A DNA stretch of 64,000 nucleotides, taken from assembly GCA_964657395.1 (NCBI GenBank), contig CAZZUX010000006.1, positions 6,192 to 70,191 on the forward strand. The letters are read 5' to 3'. Position numbers and translations under genes: made by a program. Below are positions 38,855 through 48,186 of this stretch, piece after piece (the stretch's first letter is position 1; every line of letters starts with the position of its first letter). A model generated the notes under the pieces. The model saw only the letters and a list, made by a program, of their open reading frames with translations, ran no database searches and was not told the DNA's origin. This DNA is from an uncultured Ktedonobacteraceae bacterium (GTDB taxonomy: Bacteria > Acidobacteriota > Terriglobia > Terriglobales > Acidobacteriaceae).

Positions 38855-40315
38855 CTATTTTGCTGGCGACTCCAGCAGAGATGCCACTCTCTCCACGCTG
38901 GAGCGCGACCAGGCTGTGTTGGCGATCCAGCCAAGCAGCATGACGATGAATCCGCAGACGGTCATAATCCACCAGATGGGATGCGTAGCCTCTGTAAAGT
39001 TTGCGCTTGCGCGGCCTGCGCTGACGACTGTTCCTGCGACGGCTACGCCCAGGGCGGCTCCTACCTGCCGCGAGGTGGATGCGATGGCCGCGGCTACTCC
39101 TGCCTGCGCCAGCGGCATACCGGCGACAGCATTGTTGGTGATAGCGGGATTGACCATGCCGAGGCCGATGCCGAACAGTGCGTAGGCTGCGAGCAAAACG
39201 AAGAGCGGCGTAGTGATGGTGAGGCTGGTGAGCAGAAGCGTGCTGAGCATAAAGCCGGCACCGGAAGCGATCAGCGATGGACGCGTTCCGTAATTAGCGA
39301 CCAGCCTGCCTGAGAGCGGCGAACAGACCATCATCGTGGCAGCCAATGGCAATGTGCAAAGGCCGGTATGAAAGGCGGAATAGCCGCGGCCTCGCTGGAG
39401 GTACAGCGCATTCAGGAACAGGAAGCCTGCGAACGACGCGAAGGCGCACAGGCCGAGCAACGTGGCGCTGCTGAAGGGTACGCTGCGGAAGAAGCGCAGG
39501 TCGACGAGTGGTTCTTTCTGCCGCGGTTCATACAGTAGGAAGGCAGCCAGCGAAACGGCGGAGGCAATGAGGATGCCGACGATGAGCGGCGAAGACCAGC
39601 CATGATGCCTGCCGTCAATGACGGCGTACGTCAGCGTGGTGAGTCCGGCGAAGACCAGCAGCTGGCCGACCGGGTCAAAGGCACGTGTCCTTGCCGCCCT
39701 GGATTCAGGGACGAACATGGCTGCCAGCACGACGGCGACGATCCCGAGCGGCAGGTTGATCCAGAAGATGGAGCGCCAGCCAACGGTTTGTGTCAGTGCC
39801 CCGCCAAGCAGGGGGCCAAGCGCGAACGATACACCGCCGACTGCGCCCCAGATGCCGACGGCGCGGGCGCGATCCTTCGGCTCCGTGAAGACGTTCGCAA
39901 CGATCGACAGGGCGACGGGATTCAGCATGGAAGCGCCCAGCCCCTGCACCGCGCGGTAGGCCACCAGCTGGCCGATGGTGTGTGCCATGCTGCAGAGGAA
40001 AGATCCTGCGATGAAAAGGCTGAGGCCGATCTGGAAGACGCGCCGGCGTCCGAAGCGATCGGACATGGCGCCGGACAGCATGAGCAGACTCGCGACGACG
40101 AGCGTGTAAGCGTCCATGATCCATTGGAGTCCGGCAAGGCTCGCGTGCAGATCTTTCTGGATTGCGGGCAGCGCCACGTTCACGATGGTGACGTCCATGC
40201 CGACCAGCAGCAGGCTCATGCAGCAGATGCCGAGGATCACGTCTGGGTGAACAGCTCGACGCTGTGCGAGGCCCGCGTCTGCCTCCAGCGTGGTTCCCGG
40301 ATCATGCGGCATCAA
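38855..40315 (-). CDS. MFS transporter, DHA2/EmrB-type drug:H+ antiporter (14 TMS)
   Basis: 486 aa. LLVGMDVTIVNVALP and GAMSDRFGRRRVF MFS signatures, with many TM segments. Confidence 0.9.
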   Translation of the reverse strand: MMPHDPGTTLEADAGLAQRRAVHPDVILGICCMSLLLVGMDVTIVNVALPAIQKDLHASLAGLQWIMDAYTLVVASLLMLSGAMSDRFGRRRVFQIGLSLFIAGSFLCSMAHTIGQLVAYRAVQGLGASMLNPVALSIVANVFTEPKDRARAVGIWGAVGGVSFALGPLLGGALTQTVGWRSIFWINLPLGIVAVVLAAMFVPESRAARTRAFDPVGQLLVFAGLTTLTYAVIDGRHHGWSSPLIVGILIASAVSLAAFLLYEPRQKEPLVDLRFFRSVPFSSATLLGLCAFASFAGFLFLNALYLQRGRGYSAFHTGLCTLPLAATMMVCSPLSGRLVANYGTRPSLIASGAGFMLSTLLLTSLTITTPLFVLLAAYALFGIGLGMVNPAITNNAVAGMPLAQAGVAAAIASTSRQVGAALGVAVAGTVVSAGRASANFTEATHPIWWIMTVCGFIVMLLGWIANTAWSRSSVERVASLLESPAK

Positions 40316-40350
40316 CAGACCTCGAAATTGACATCAAACCTTGTGGGCTT

Positions 40351-40372
40351 AAGTTGAGGATATCCTCAACTT
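40351..40372. promoter_or_regulatory. probable TetR operator
   Basis: Perfect 22-bp palindrome AAGTTGAGGATATCCTCAACTT in the divergent MFS/TetR intergenic region. The half-site CCTCAACTT recurs at 40400-40408, next to the tetR start codon. Confidence 0.65.
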
Positions 40373-40395
40373 GTCATCTGTCCTAATATACGAGG

Positions 40396-41025
40396 GTGCC
40401 CTCAACTTCTGCAAACCTGTCGCGCAGGAAACCTCAACAGGAGCGTGCCACGTTACGTCGTGCGAAATTTCTGGAAGTCGCGGCATGCCTGATTGGTGAA
40501 GATGGATTGGATGCAGTCACCATGACGGCGATTGCTGAACATGCGCAGGCATCCATAGGCACCCTCTATGATTACTTCCCCGATAAGCAGGCGATTGCCC
40601 AGGCACTGGCAGCGCACTATGCGGAAGAGGCAGACGAGTACTGGAAGCAGCTCCTCAAGGCTCCGTTGAAATTGAAGAAGGGTGCCATTGCCGATTTTTT
40701 TGTTCAAGAGGCGCTTGCCTTTGCGCAGGCGCGACCCGCGTATCTGGAGCTTTTCGGCGCTCACTTTGTGCATCCACGGTCGCCAATTGCCCGGCAACCG
40801 CTGCGGCGCACGTTTGCTGACGCGCTTCGCAGACTGCACCCAAAGATGACAGCCGAACAGGCCTTTGTCAGTTCACAGATTGTCGTTGAACTGATCAAGG
40901 GACTTTTGAATGTGCGTAAGCAGGTTGAACCAAGGAACCGGGGAGCCGTTACTGCGGAGTTCACGGGTCTTATGAGGTTTTATCTCAGCAGGATGTCGAC
41001 TGACTGCGATGCGGCTGAGCAGTAG
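40396..41025 (+). CDS. TetR/AcrR family transcriptional regulator
   Basis: 209 aa. N-terminal HTH (FLEVAACLIGEDGLDAVTMTAIAEHAQASIGTLYDYF). Divergent from the MFS gene. GTG start. Confidence 0.9.
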   Translation: MPSTSANLSRRKPQQERATLRRAKFLEVAACLIGEDGLDAVTMTAIAEHAQASIGTLYDYFPDKQAIAQALAAHYAEEADEYWKQLLKAPLKLKKGAIADFFVQEALAFAQARPAYLELFGAHFVHPRSPIARQPLRRTFADALRRLHPKMTAEQAFVSSQIVVELIKGLLNVRKQVEPRNRGAVTAEFTGLMRFYLSRMSTDCDAAEQ

Positions 41026-41491
41026 CGCCGCCACTTTGCGGCTCGCTTCGACGTCTTTCTTTTGCACTCTTTGTCGCTCTTGCTCTTGCGGCACGCGTGA
41101 TGGTGTCTACCGTCCGTTCTTTCCGTACTATGTCAGATCAGCTTCGCGCACAGAGCCAGGACATCGCCACATCATCGGGTGAAGCTTGCAGCCAGTTCGC
41201 AGGCGGGATGTGTATCGCGTGAAGAGCTTGATTGATGCTGTTGATCTGAACAGCCGGAGCCAGAGTCAGGGAGATCGTTCGGGCCATGTCACTGATGGAA
41301 CAGGTCACTCAGAACGTCGAGGCACGACTAAGGACGGCCGACGGAAGAAGTAGATAGCCGAGGGAGGCATACACTGATCCCAAGACTCAGATGCGGGTGC
41401 CTGTCAAACCCGGACAAACCGTTCGGATTGAGGCACATGCTGCCAGCGCAGCCGATTGCGATGTCAAGCATCTAACGAATCGAGGGGTGAT

Positions 41492-41962
41492 ATGGAAAAA
41501 GCTACATTTGGAGCTGGGTGCTTCTGGGGGGTAGAGGCGCGTTTCGGCCAGATACCCGGTGTAACAGAGACCGCGGTCGGCTACGAAGGCGGCCAGTTGG
41601 AGCGACCGACTTACAAGGATGTGTGCACGGACCGCACCGGCCATGCAGAAGTCGTCGAACTGGATTTCGATCCGTCGAAGGTGAGCTACGAGACGATCGT
41701 GAAGGCGTTCTTCGAATTGCACGATCCCACCACGCTGAATCGTCAGGGGCCTGATTATGGACATCAGTATCGCAGCGCAATCTTCTTCCACTCAGCCGAG
41801 CAGGAGCAGACAGCACGAAAAGTGATTGAGGAGTTGACGGCTTCGAAACGGTTCAGTCGCCCGATTGTGACAGAAGTCGTTCCCGCGAAGACGTTCTGGA
41901 GAGCGGAAGAGTATCACCAGAAATACCTGGAGAAGCGTGGCGCTGTCAGCTGCCACATTTGA
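41492..41962 (+). CDS. msrA: peptide-methionine (S)-S-oxide reductase
   Basis: MEKATFGAGCFWGVE active-site motif and GHAEVV. Start at the ATG after GAGGGGTG; the ORF opens at 41456. Confidence 0.94.
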   Translation: MEKATFGAGCFWGVEARFGQIPGVTETAVGYEGGQLERPTYKDVCTDRTGHAEVVELDFDPSKVSYETIVKAFFELHDPTTLNRQGPDYGHQYRSAIFFHSAEQEQTARKVIEELTASKRFSRPIVTEVVPAKTFWRAEEYHQKYLEKRGAVSCHI

Positions 41963-41985
41963 CCCCAGACAGAAGGGCCGCCTGC

Positions 41986-42948
41986 TTAGCGGCCCTTTGT
42001 TTTCTTCAGAGCGCTGCCGAAGCGCGGTACCTGCTTCTTAGGACCTGACTTGATGCCGGGGCGCACGCGCTTTTTAAGCGGCTTCTTTTTCGGCGGCGGC
42101 AGCACAGTTGATTCCATTTTCTGCAGCCGCTTCTTCGGACGATTAACAAGTGATGCGGGCCTGGGTGCAGGCGCGCCTGGTTGAGGAGCCTTTCGTTTTG
42201 AAGCCTTGGTCAGCAGAAAGATCTCGCGTTCTGTCAGTTCCCGAAACTCGCCTGGTTCGACGTCCAGAACCAATGGTCCGTAGCCGACGCGGCGAATTTT
42301 TTCGACATGATGTCCAATTTCTTCAAAGAGCTTGCGGATCTGCCGGTTGCGACCTTCGGTCAGAATGACTTCGTACCAGGGATTGTCGGCTTCACGCACC
42401 AGGGTGAGCTTCACAGGTTCTGACAGAACGCGGCCCTCACGCGTTCCTGGCTTTCCACGCTCGATCATGATGCCGCGGCGAATCTGTTCCAGCTTGTTCT
42501 CCGCCGGAACACCAGAAACCTTCACCAGGTAGGTTTTCTCGACCTTTGCCGAAGCGCGTGTCAAACCATTTGTCAGCTCGCCATCGTTGGTGACCAGGAG
42601 CAGGCCTTCGCTCTCGAAGTCGAGTCTTCCGACGGGAAAGACGCGTACCCCGGAGCGCTCGAAATACTGAGCGACCGTGGCGCGATGCTGCGGATCGGAC
42701 ACGGTGGTGACAATCCCCTTCGGCTTATTGAGCATGAAGTAGCGGTGCTTCTCCGGCCCGTGCAACAACCGGTTATCAACACGGATGTGGTCCTTATTGG
42801 GATCGGCTTTTGTGCCCAGTTCTTTTACTACTTTGCCATTCAGCTGCACGCGGCCGTCCAGGATCAGTTCTTCCGCCTTGCGGCGCGAGGCCACTCCGGC
42901 TGCTGCGATGATCTTCTGCAGACGCTGCAGCTTGTCTTCACCGGCCAT
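41986..42948 (-). CDS. rluB: 23S rRNA pseudouridine synthase, RluB/RsuA family
   Basis: 320 aa. S4 domain (RLQKIIAAAGVASRRKAEELI), catalytic GRLDFESEGLLLVTNDG, and a Lys/Pro-rich C-terminal tail. The start overlaps the scpB stop (TGATG). Confidence 0.9.
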   Translation of the reverse strand: MAGEDKLQRLQKIIAAAGVASRRKAEELILDGRVQLNGKVVKELGTKADPNKDHIRVDNRLLHGPEKHRYFMLNKPKGIVTTVSDPQHRATVAQYFERSGVRVFPVGRLDFESEGLLLVTNDGELTNGLTRASAKVEKTYLVKVSGVPAENKLEQIRRGIMIERGKPGTREGRVLSEPVKLTLVREADNPWYEVILTEGRNRQIRKLFEEIGHHVEKIRRVGYGPLVLDVEPGEFRELTEREIFLLTKASKRKAPQPGAPAPRPASLVNRPKKRLQKMESTVLPPPKKKPLKKRVRPGIKSGPKKQVPRFGSALKKTKGR

Positions 42949-43967
42949 CAGTGATCCTCCTGTATTGCTGCGGACTGCGGTTGTTGTTCGGAGGCGGAAT
43001 CCTGCTCAATCTGCGATTCGGTTGCCGGCGACTCTTCAGGAGCTGACGTCTCAGGGGCCGGGGTGTCAGGGACAGGTACTTCTTCCAAGGGAAGCGAAGA
43101 GGCGCAGTCGCCGGCTGCGGGTTCGATGCCGGCTTTCTCGTGCATGGAGTCTGCTTCGATCGCGTCACTCTCGGCAAGCTCGCCGGCCATCTTCTCGAAT
43201 TCTTCCATGGATGGCAGTTCGGCGACATCTTTCAGGCCGAAGCGCAGCAGGAATTCTTTCGTGGTTTTATAGAGAATCGGTCGTCCAATCACTTGTTTCC
43301 GGCCCGCCGTGGTGACCAGCTTTCTACTGATAAGGCTGGCGAGTACGCCGCCGGAATCGACGCCACGAATCTCTGCAATTTCCGGTGCTGTTACTGGCTG
43401 CTTGTAAGCAATGACCGCCAGCGTTTCGAGGGCCTGCAGCGACAGTTTCATAACCGGCTTCAGGCTTTTCACAAAGGCGCGGACAGCATCGTGATATTCG
43501 GGCTTGGTCGCCATCCGGAAGCCGCCGGCGATCTCTCGTATCTCGATGCCGCGATCCTGTGCGATGTAGTCGGTAATCAGTTCCTCGACGACGGCGCTCA
43601 GGTGCTGACGCACTTCGCGGTCGCGCTGTCGCGCTGCACGTTTTGCGGCTGCATCCGAATCCACTACCACGCCAGTTGGTTCCTCTGGAGCTGCTGCAGT
43701 TTCTGCCAGCAACGGTGCCTGTTCGATGGCGGCGGTGTGGCCGTTTTCAGCCGGGCTTTCGCAAGGCAGATCCGCCATGGTGCCATCTGCATCGATGATC
43801 GTGACTTCAGAAGTTTCGATGGGATTGGCGTGTACCGGTTCATCCAGCAGCGGCAGCTCAGGGGAGGCAAAAGGAATATCGGCCGCGAAGATGGCGGCAA
43901 GCTGCGCGAGGGTGACGGGTTCTTCTGCCGCGTAGATGACGGCTTCGATCTTGGATTTCAGGCTCAT
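42948..43967 (-). CDS. scpB: segregation and condensation protein B, with an acidic insertion
   Basis: KSKIEAVIYAAEEPVTLAQLAAIF and ALETLAVIAYKQPVTAPEIAEIRGVDSGGVLASLISRKL winged-helix motifs. About 90 extra residues lie within the first winged-helix domain. Start uncertain; the ORF opens at 44084. Confidence 0.85.
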   Translation of the reverse strand: MSLKSKIEAVIYAAEEPVTLAQLAAIFAADIPFASPELPLLDEPVHANPIETSEVTIIDADGTMADLPCESPAENGHTAAIEQAPLLAETAAAPEEPTGVVVDSDAAAKRAARQRDREVRQHLSAVVEELITDYIAQDRGIEIREIAGGFRMATKPEYHDAVRAFVKSLKPVMKLSLQALETLAVIAYKQPVTAPEIAEIRGVDSGGVLASLISRKLVTTAGRKQVIGRPILYKTTKEFLLRFGLKDVAELPSMEEFEKMAGELAESDAIEADSMHEKAGIEPAAGDCASSLPLEEVPVPDTPAPETSAPEESPATESQIEQDSASEQQPQSAAIQEDH

Positions 43968-44181
43968 GGTTACGTAAATGGCAGTGGAAACAGCCTGCCC
44001 TGACCATACTACCGGCTCTTCCCGGGCGGCGAAGACGATCCCGTCACCGTAAGCCCCGCCAGCCCGATAAAATGATTGCAGCATATTGTTCTGCCGGCTT
44101 GCGGTTGCGATCCGACCATGGTTTGGAAAGGTCTCTAAAAATGCAAGTGAATCCGTGCACAGTTTCTCCTGGGGCTCGCCG

Positions 44182-45432
44182 ATGACACTCCTTCTACTTC
44201 AAATGACGATTGTGCTGCTGGTTGCCCTCGGCTGCGGCTGGATTGCCCGAAAACTGGGTCAGTCCAGGGTCATTGGTGAAATCGTGGGCGGTATCCTCGT
44301 GGGCCCATCCGTCTTCGGACGCTTTGCTCCACATGCGGCGAAGACGATTTTTCCGGCAAGCTCGCTTGGATCCTTCGAAGTCCTGAGCACGATCGGGCTG
44401 ATTCTTTTCCTGTTCCTGATCGGCAGTGAGCTTGATTATGCGCACCTGCGGCGCCAGCGGAAGACTGCTGTGTTTGCCAGCGCGATGAGTATCTTTTTTC
44501 CGTTCTTCATGGCGGCGGTTGTTGCTCATTCCTTGCGAATCCGTTTCGCTCCGAATGGTATCGGCAGGGTGCCGTTTGTACTTTTTCTTGGAATCTCGAT
44601 GAGCATCACGGCCTTTCCGGTGCTGGCGAGGATCCTCGAAGAGCGCAAGCTACAGTCCACGCCGCTGGGCGCCACTGCGCTGATGTGTGCGGCTGTGGAT
44701 GACGTGGCTGCATGGACGCTGCTGGCCTTCGCGTTGACGCTGCTGGGCGGCGGCGAACATGCGATGACCATGCCGATCCGCCTGCTGTGGCTCGGCCTTT
44801 ATCTGCTGGTGATGCTTGGGGTAGTTGCCCCTCTGGGGCGCTGGCTGGTGCGGCGACAGAAATCGATGGGGCTCAGCTATGAACTGCTGGGCATCATCAT
44901 CGCGGTGGTGCTGGGTTCCGCGGCAGCAACCGAGGCGATTGGCATTCATCCACTGTTTGGTGCTTTTATGGCGGGCCTGTGCTTCCCACGCATCGAACAC
45001 TGGCAGGCAGCGGTACGCACGCGGCTCGACATGCTGGTCTCTGTTCTGCTGCTGCCGCTGTTCTTTGCTCTTACCGGCATGCGGACACGGCTGGACCTGC
45101 TGAGCGGATCGAGGATCTGGCTGTGGACGGGGATCGTGCTGCTGGTGGCTGTAGCGGGCAAGATGGGTGGCGCGGTACTGGCTTCCCGTCTGACGGGTCA
45201 ATCGTGGCGCAATGCGGTGGCACTGGGCGCGCTGCTGAATACACGCGGGCTGGTCGAGCTGATTGTCCTGAACATCGCTTACAACGCGCACGTCTTCTCG
45301 CCGACACTGTTCACGATGCTGGTGGTGATGGCGCTGGTGACAACTGCAATCACGACACCGATCCTGAACCTCATCGGGATCGCGGACAATGCCAAACAGT
45401 CGGAAGACCTGGCGCTGGTGGAAGCTGCATAA
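44182..45432 (+). CDS. cation:proton antiporter (CPA2, Kef/NapA-like)
   Basis: Begins MTLLLLQMTIVLLVALGCGWIARKLGQSRVIGEIVGGILVGPSVFG, typical of the Na_H_exchanger family. About 12 TMS. The ORF opens at 44086. Confidence 0.88.
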   Translation: MTLLLLQMTIVLLVALGCGWIARKLGQSRVIGEIVGGILVGPSVFGRFAPHAAKTIFPASSLGSFEVLSTIGLILFLFLIGSELDYAHLRRQRKTAVFASAMSIFFPFFMAAVVAHSLRIRFAPNGIGRVPFVLFLGISMSITAFPVLARILEERKLQSTPLGATALMCAAVDDVAAWTLLAFALTLLGGGEHAMTMPIRLLWLGLYLLVMLGVVAPLGRWLVRRQKSMGLSYELLGIIIAVVLGSAAATEAIGIHPLFGAFMAGLCFPRIEHWQAAVRTRLDMLVSVLLLPLFFALTGMRTRLDLLSGSRIWLWTGIVLLVAVAGKMGGAVLASRLTGQSWRNAVALGALLNTRGLVELIVLNIAYNAHVFSPTLFTMLVVMALVTTAITTPILNLIGIADNAKQSEDLALVEAA

Positions 45433-45435
45433 GGA

Positions 45436-46479
45436 TCACTGCGGCTCTTCGAGTTCCAGAGATGAAAATGGTGGAGTCTTCAGAGACTTCTCTGGCGCCG
45501 GCATGGGCCGCCAGGCATAGTTCCGGAAGGGCGTCTCCCCTCGTTTACGCCACCACAGGATCATCAGGATGGTGATGACAGCCAGCAGCGGAATTACCAG
45601 CAGGCTGCCTTCGGGCCCCGTGGATCCGCCGCTCCAGAGGGCCTTGCCGACGGGATGCTCTGCGTACAGGTGACCCTGCATGACCATGCCGCTGTCGGAC
45701 GTTCCGTAGAAGTAAGACTCGCCCCAGTCCCACGCGGCATGGAATCCAAGAGCCCACCAGAGTGAACCTGTGTACCAGAGGCTGAGACAGAAAATTAAGC
45801 CGATGGCTCCGGCCGAGAAGAGGCCGACCGGTGTCTCTCCAGGATTGGTGCCGTGGATGAATCCAAACAAGAAGGAGAGCAGCAATGCTCCCCACCAGAA
45901 GCCTAGACCCCGCGTCAGCGTGAATTGAAGATAGCCGCGAAGCAGAGACTCTTCGAACAGGCCGACGATCAGAAAGAATCCTGCCCAGCCGAGCGCATCT
46001 GCCCAGAGTGCAGGGCCGTGCAGCATGCGGCCGTCCAGGCTGAGCAGACCTGCTTTCCAAAGCACCAGTACAAGAAAGGAGATGGCGAGAAATCCATAGA
46101 AAAGACCGCTGAGAAAACGAACAGTGCGGAATTGCCCCTCAAATCCGTAGGAGAATGGCGAGCGTCTTTCGACGCGAGACATGGCGAAGGTTGCGATGAG
46201 AGCGCCGGAGATCTGAACGCCTTCAACGATGTATGCGAAGACGAGGGTCACGGCGGACATAGTGCCGGACCGGTGCGCGCTTTGCAGCAGGGGATGAAGA
46301 AGCCAGCCTACGAGCAGGTCGGCAGGAAGAAAGATGGCTATGAACAGAAGCGCACTCCATCCTGCGCGAAGACCTTGCGCGTTCAGGAAGAATGCGTGCG
46401 TGGTTAGCTTAGGCATCTCGTCGCGGAGTTCCTGACGAGGATCGTGGTCAAGATCGTTTGGAAAGTCAGCTTTGTTCAT
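45436..46479 (-). CDS. CPBP family intramembrane glutamic endopeptidase (CAAX protease-like)
   Basis: 347 aa. EESLLRGYL, FGFIHG and HAAWDW motifs, multiple TMS. Confidence 0.85.
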   Translation of the reverse strand: MNKADFPNDLDHDPRQELRDEMPKLTTHAFFLNAQGLRAGWSALLFIAIFLPADLLVGWLLHPLLQSAHRSGTMSAVTLVFAYIVEGVQISGALIATFAMSRVERRSPFSYGFEGQFRTVRFLSGLFYGFLAISFLVLVLWKAGLLSLDGRMLHGPALWADALGWAGFFLIVGLFEESLLRGYLQFTLTRGLGFWWGALLLSFLFGFIHGTNPGETPVGLFSAGAIGLIFCLSLWYTGSLWWALGFHAAWDWGESYFYGTSDSGMVMQGHLYAEHPVGKALWSGGSTGPEGSLLVIPLLAVITILMILWWRKRGETPFRNYAWRPMPAPEKSLKTPPFSSLELEEPQ

Positions 46480-46665
46480 GAGGAAGTTTGCAGCAGTGAG
46501 CCTTACCTGGATGAGGATGGTTCGTAAGAGCTTGCAGGTACAGGTAACAGGGTACCGTCAGCAGGAAGTTCAGGTGTCTTCCGAATCGAAGTTACAGACA
46601 AGTTCAGTGATTCAGGCTGCTGCGGCAAGGGTACAATCTAGCTGCTATGGCGCGGTCGTTCAAGA

Positions 46666-48186
46666 GTGCAGGTCCCTGGGAGAAGCGTGCAAGCAGAGCT
46701 GCCTGAGCTGAACGAGGTCATGGACCTGCTTTCAGATGCGATCATCCTGCTCGATGAGCAATGGCGCATCTGTTACGCGAACCTGAGCGCACGAAAGCTG
46801 AGTCGCCTGGCTCCGGAAAATATCAATCGTGAGACGTTGTGGGAGTTGTTTCCGCAACTGGCCGGCAGTGACCTTGAGCAGGCCTACAGAGACGCTCAGG
46901 CCAATCGCATAGAGCGGCGAGTCGATCGCTTCTACTACGAGCCTTTTCAGACATGGTTCACGATCTGCATCCGGCCTACCCGGCATGGCCTGCTGGTGCA
47001 ATACCAGGACATTACTTCGCTCCGCGAGGCAGAGGACGCCCGAAGTGAGAGCGAGCTTTACCTTCGCCTGCTGCTGGATTCCACGCCATCTGCTTTCTAT
47101 GCGATCGACGAGAACAGCAAGACGACTCTTTGCAACCGTGCGTTCCTGGAGATGCTGGGCTTTGACAGCCTGGAACAGGTTCGCGGACTGAAGCTGCACA
47201 GTGTGATCCACCACACTCGTAAAGATGGCACGCACTACGATGAGCAGGATTGTCCGATCTACCGAGCTGCCATGATCGGAGAACCTGCGCATGTTCAGGA
47301 TGAAGTCTTCTTCCGCAAAGATGGCACGCACTTCCCGGTGGAGTACTGGGCCTATCCGATTGTGCATCATGGGACACTTCGCGGTGCCATCACCACGTTT
47401 GTCGATGTCACCGATCGCAAGCGGACCGAGTCAGCACTCATCCAAAGCGAAAAGCTGGCAGCAGTAGGACGGCTTGCCAGTTCGATTGCGCACGAGATCA
47501 ACAATCCGCTGGAAGCAGTCACCAACCTTATCTACCTGGCGCGTTCCTCCGTTAATTCTCAGGAGATCCAGGAGTATTTGCAGCAGGTGGATGAAGAGCT
47601 GCGGCGTATTTCGATGATCGCTAGCCAGACTCTTCGATTTCACAAGCAGTCTTCGAAGCCGCAGGCGATACGGTGCCAGGATCTGTTTAGTGCCGTCCTC
47701 AGCCTGTATGAAGGCCGGTTCAAGAACCTCGAGATCCGCGTCAACAAACGGAAGCGCGCCAATCAGCCGGTGGAGGTCTATGAAGGCGATATCCGGCAGG
47801 TGCTGAATAACCTGATCGGCAATGCAGTCGATGCCATGGCGCGAGGCGGAGAGCTCCATTTACGAAGTGCGGAGTCGCATGACTGGAAGACCGGACGACA
47901 GGGCTTGACACTCACGATTGCCGATACCGGTGAAGGCATGAGCCGCGAGACACTTGGCCACATCTTTGAAGCTTTTTTTACGACGAAAGGCATTGGCGGC
48001 ACGGGGCTGGGCTTGTGGGTTAGTGCTGACATCGTCAATCGACATAACGGGCGTATCCGGGTACGCAGCCGCCAGAGTGCTTCGCAGCACGGCACGGTAT
48101 TCCGTCTGTTTCTTCCTTTCGCTACCCAACCTCAAGCCCAAGGTGGTGACCGGGTACGACCCCTGCCGCTGGAAGCAGGGGCTTGA
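46666..48186 (+). CDS. PAS-domain sensor histidine kinase (cytoplasmic)
   Basis: 506 aa. Two PAS domains, HisKA (SSIAHEINNPLEAV), and HATPase (NLIGNAVDAM, DTGEGM, GTGLGLWV). Start uncertain (GTG 46666 or ATG 46720). Confidence 0.9.
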   Translation: MQVPGRSVQAELPELNEVMDLLSDAIILLDEQWRICYANLSARKLSRLAPENINRETLWELFPQLAGSDLEQAYRDAQANRIERRVDRFYYEPFQTWFTICIRPTRHGLLVQYQDITSLREAEDARSESELYLRLLLDSTPSAFYAIDENSKTTLCNRAFLEMLGFDSLEQVRGLKLHSVIHHTRKDGTHYDEQDCPIYRAAMIGEPAHVQDEVFFRKDGTHFPVEYWAYPIVHHGTLRGAITTFVDVTDRKRTESALIQSEKLAAVGRLASSIAHEINNPLEAVTNLIYLARSSVNSQEIQEYLQQVDEELRRISMIASQTLRFHKQSSKPQAIRCQDLFSAVLSLYEGRFKNLEIRVNKRKRANQPVEVYEGDIRQVLNNLIGNAVDAMARGGELHLRSAESHDWKTGRQGLTLTIADTGEGMSRETLGHIFEAFFTTKGIGGTGLGLWVSADIVNRHNGRIRVRSRQSASQHGTVFRLFLPFATQPQAQGGDRVRPLPLEAGA

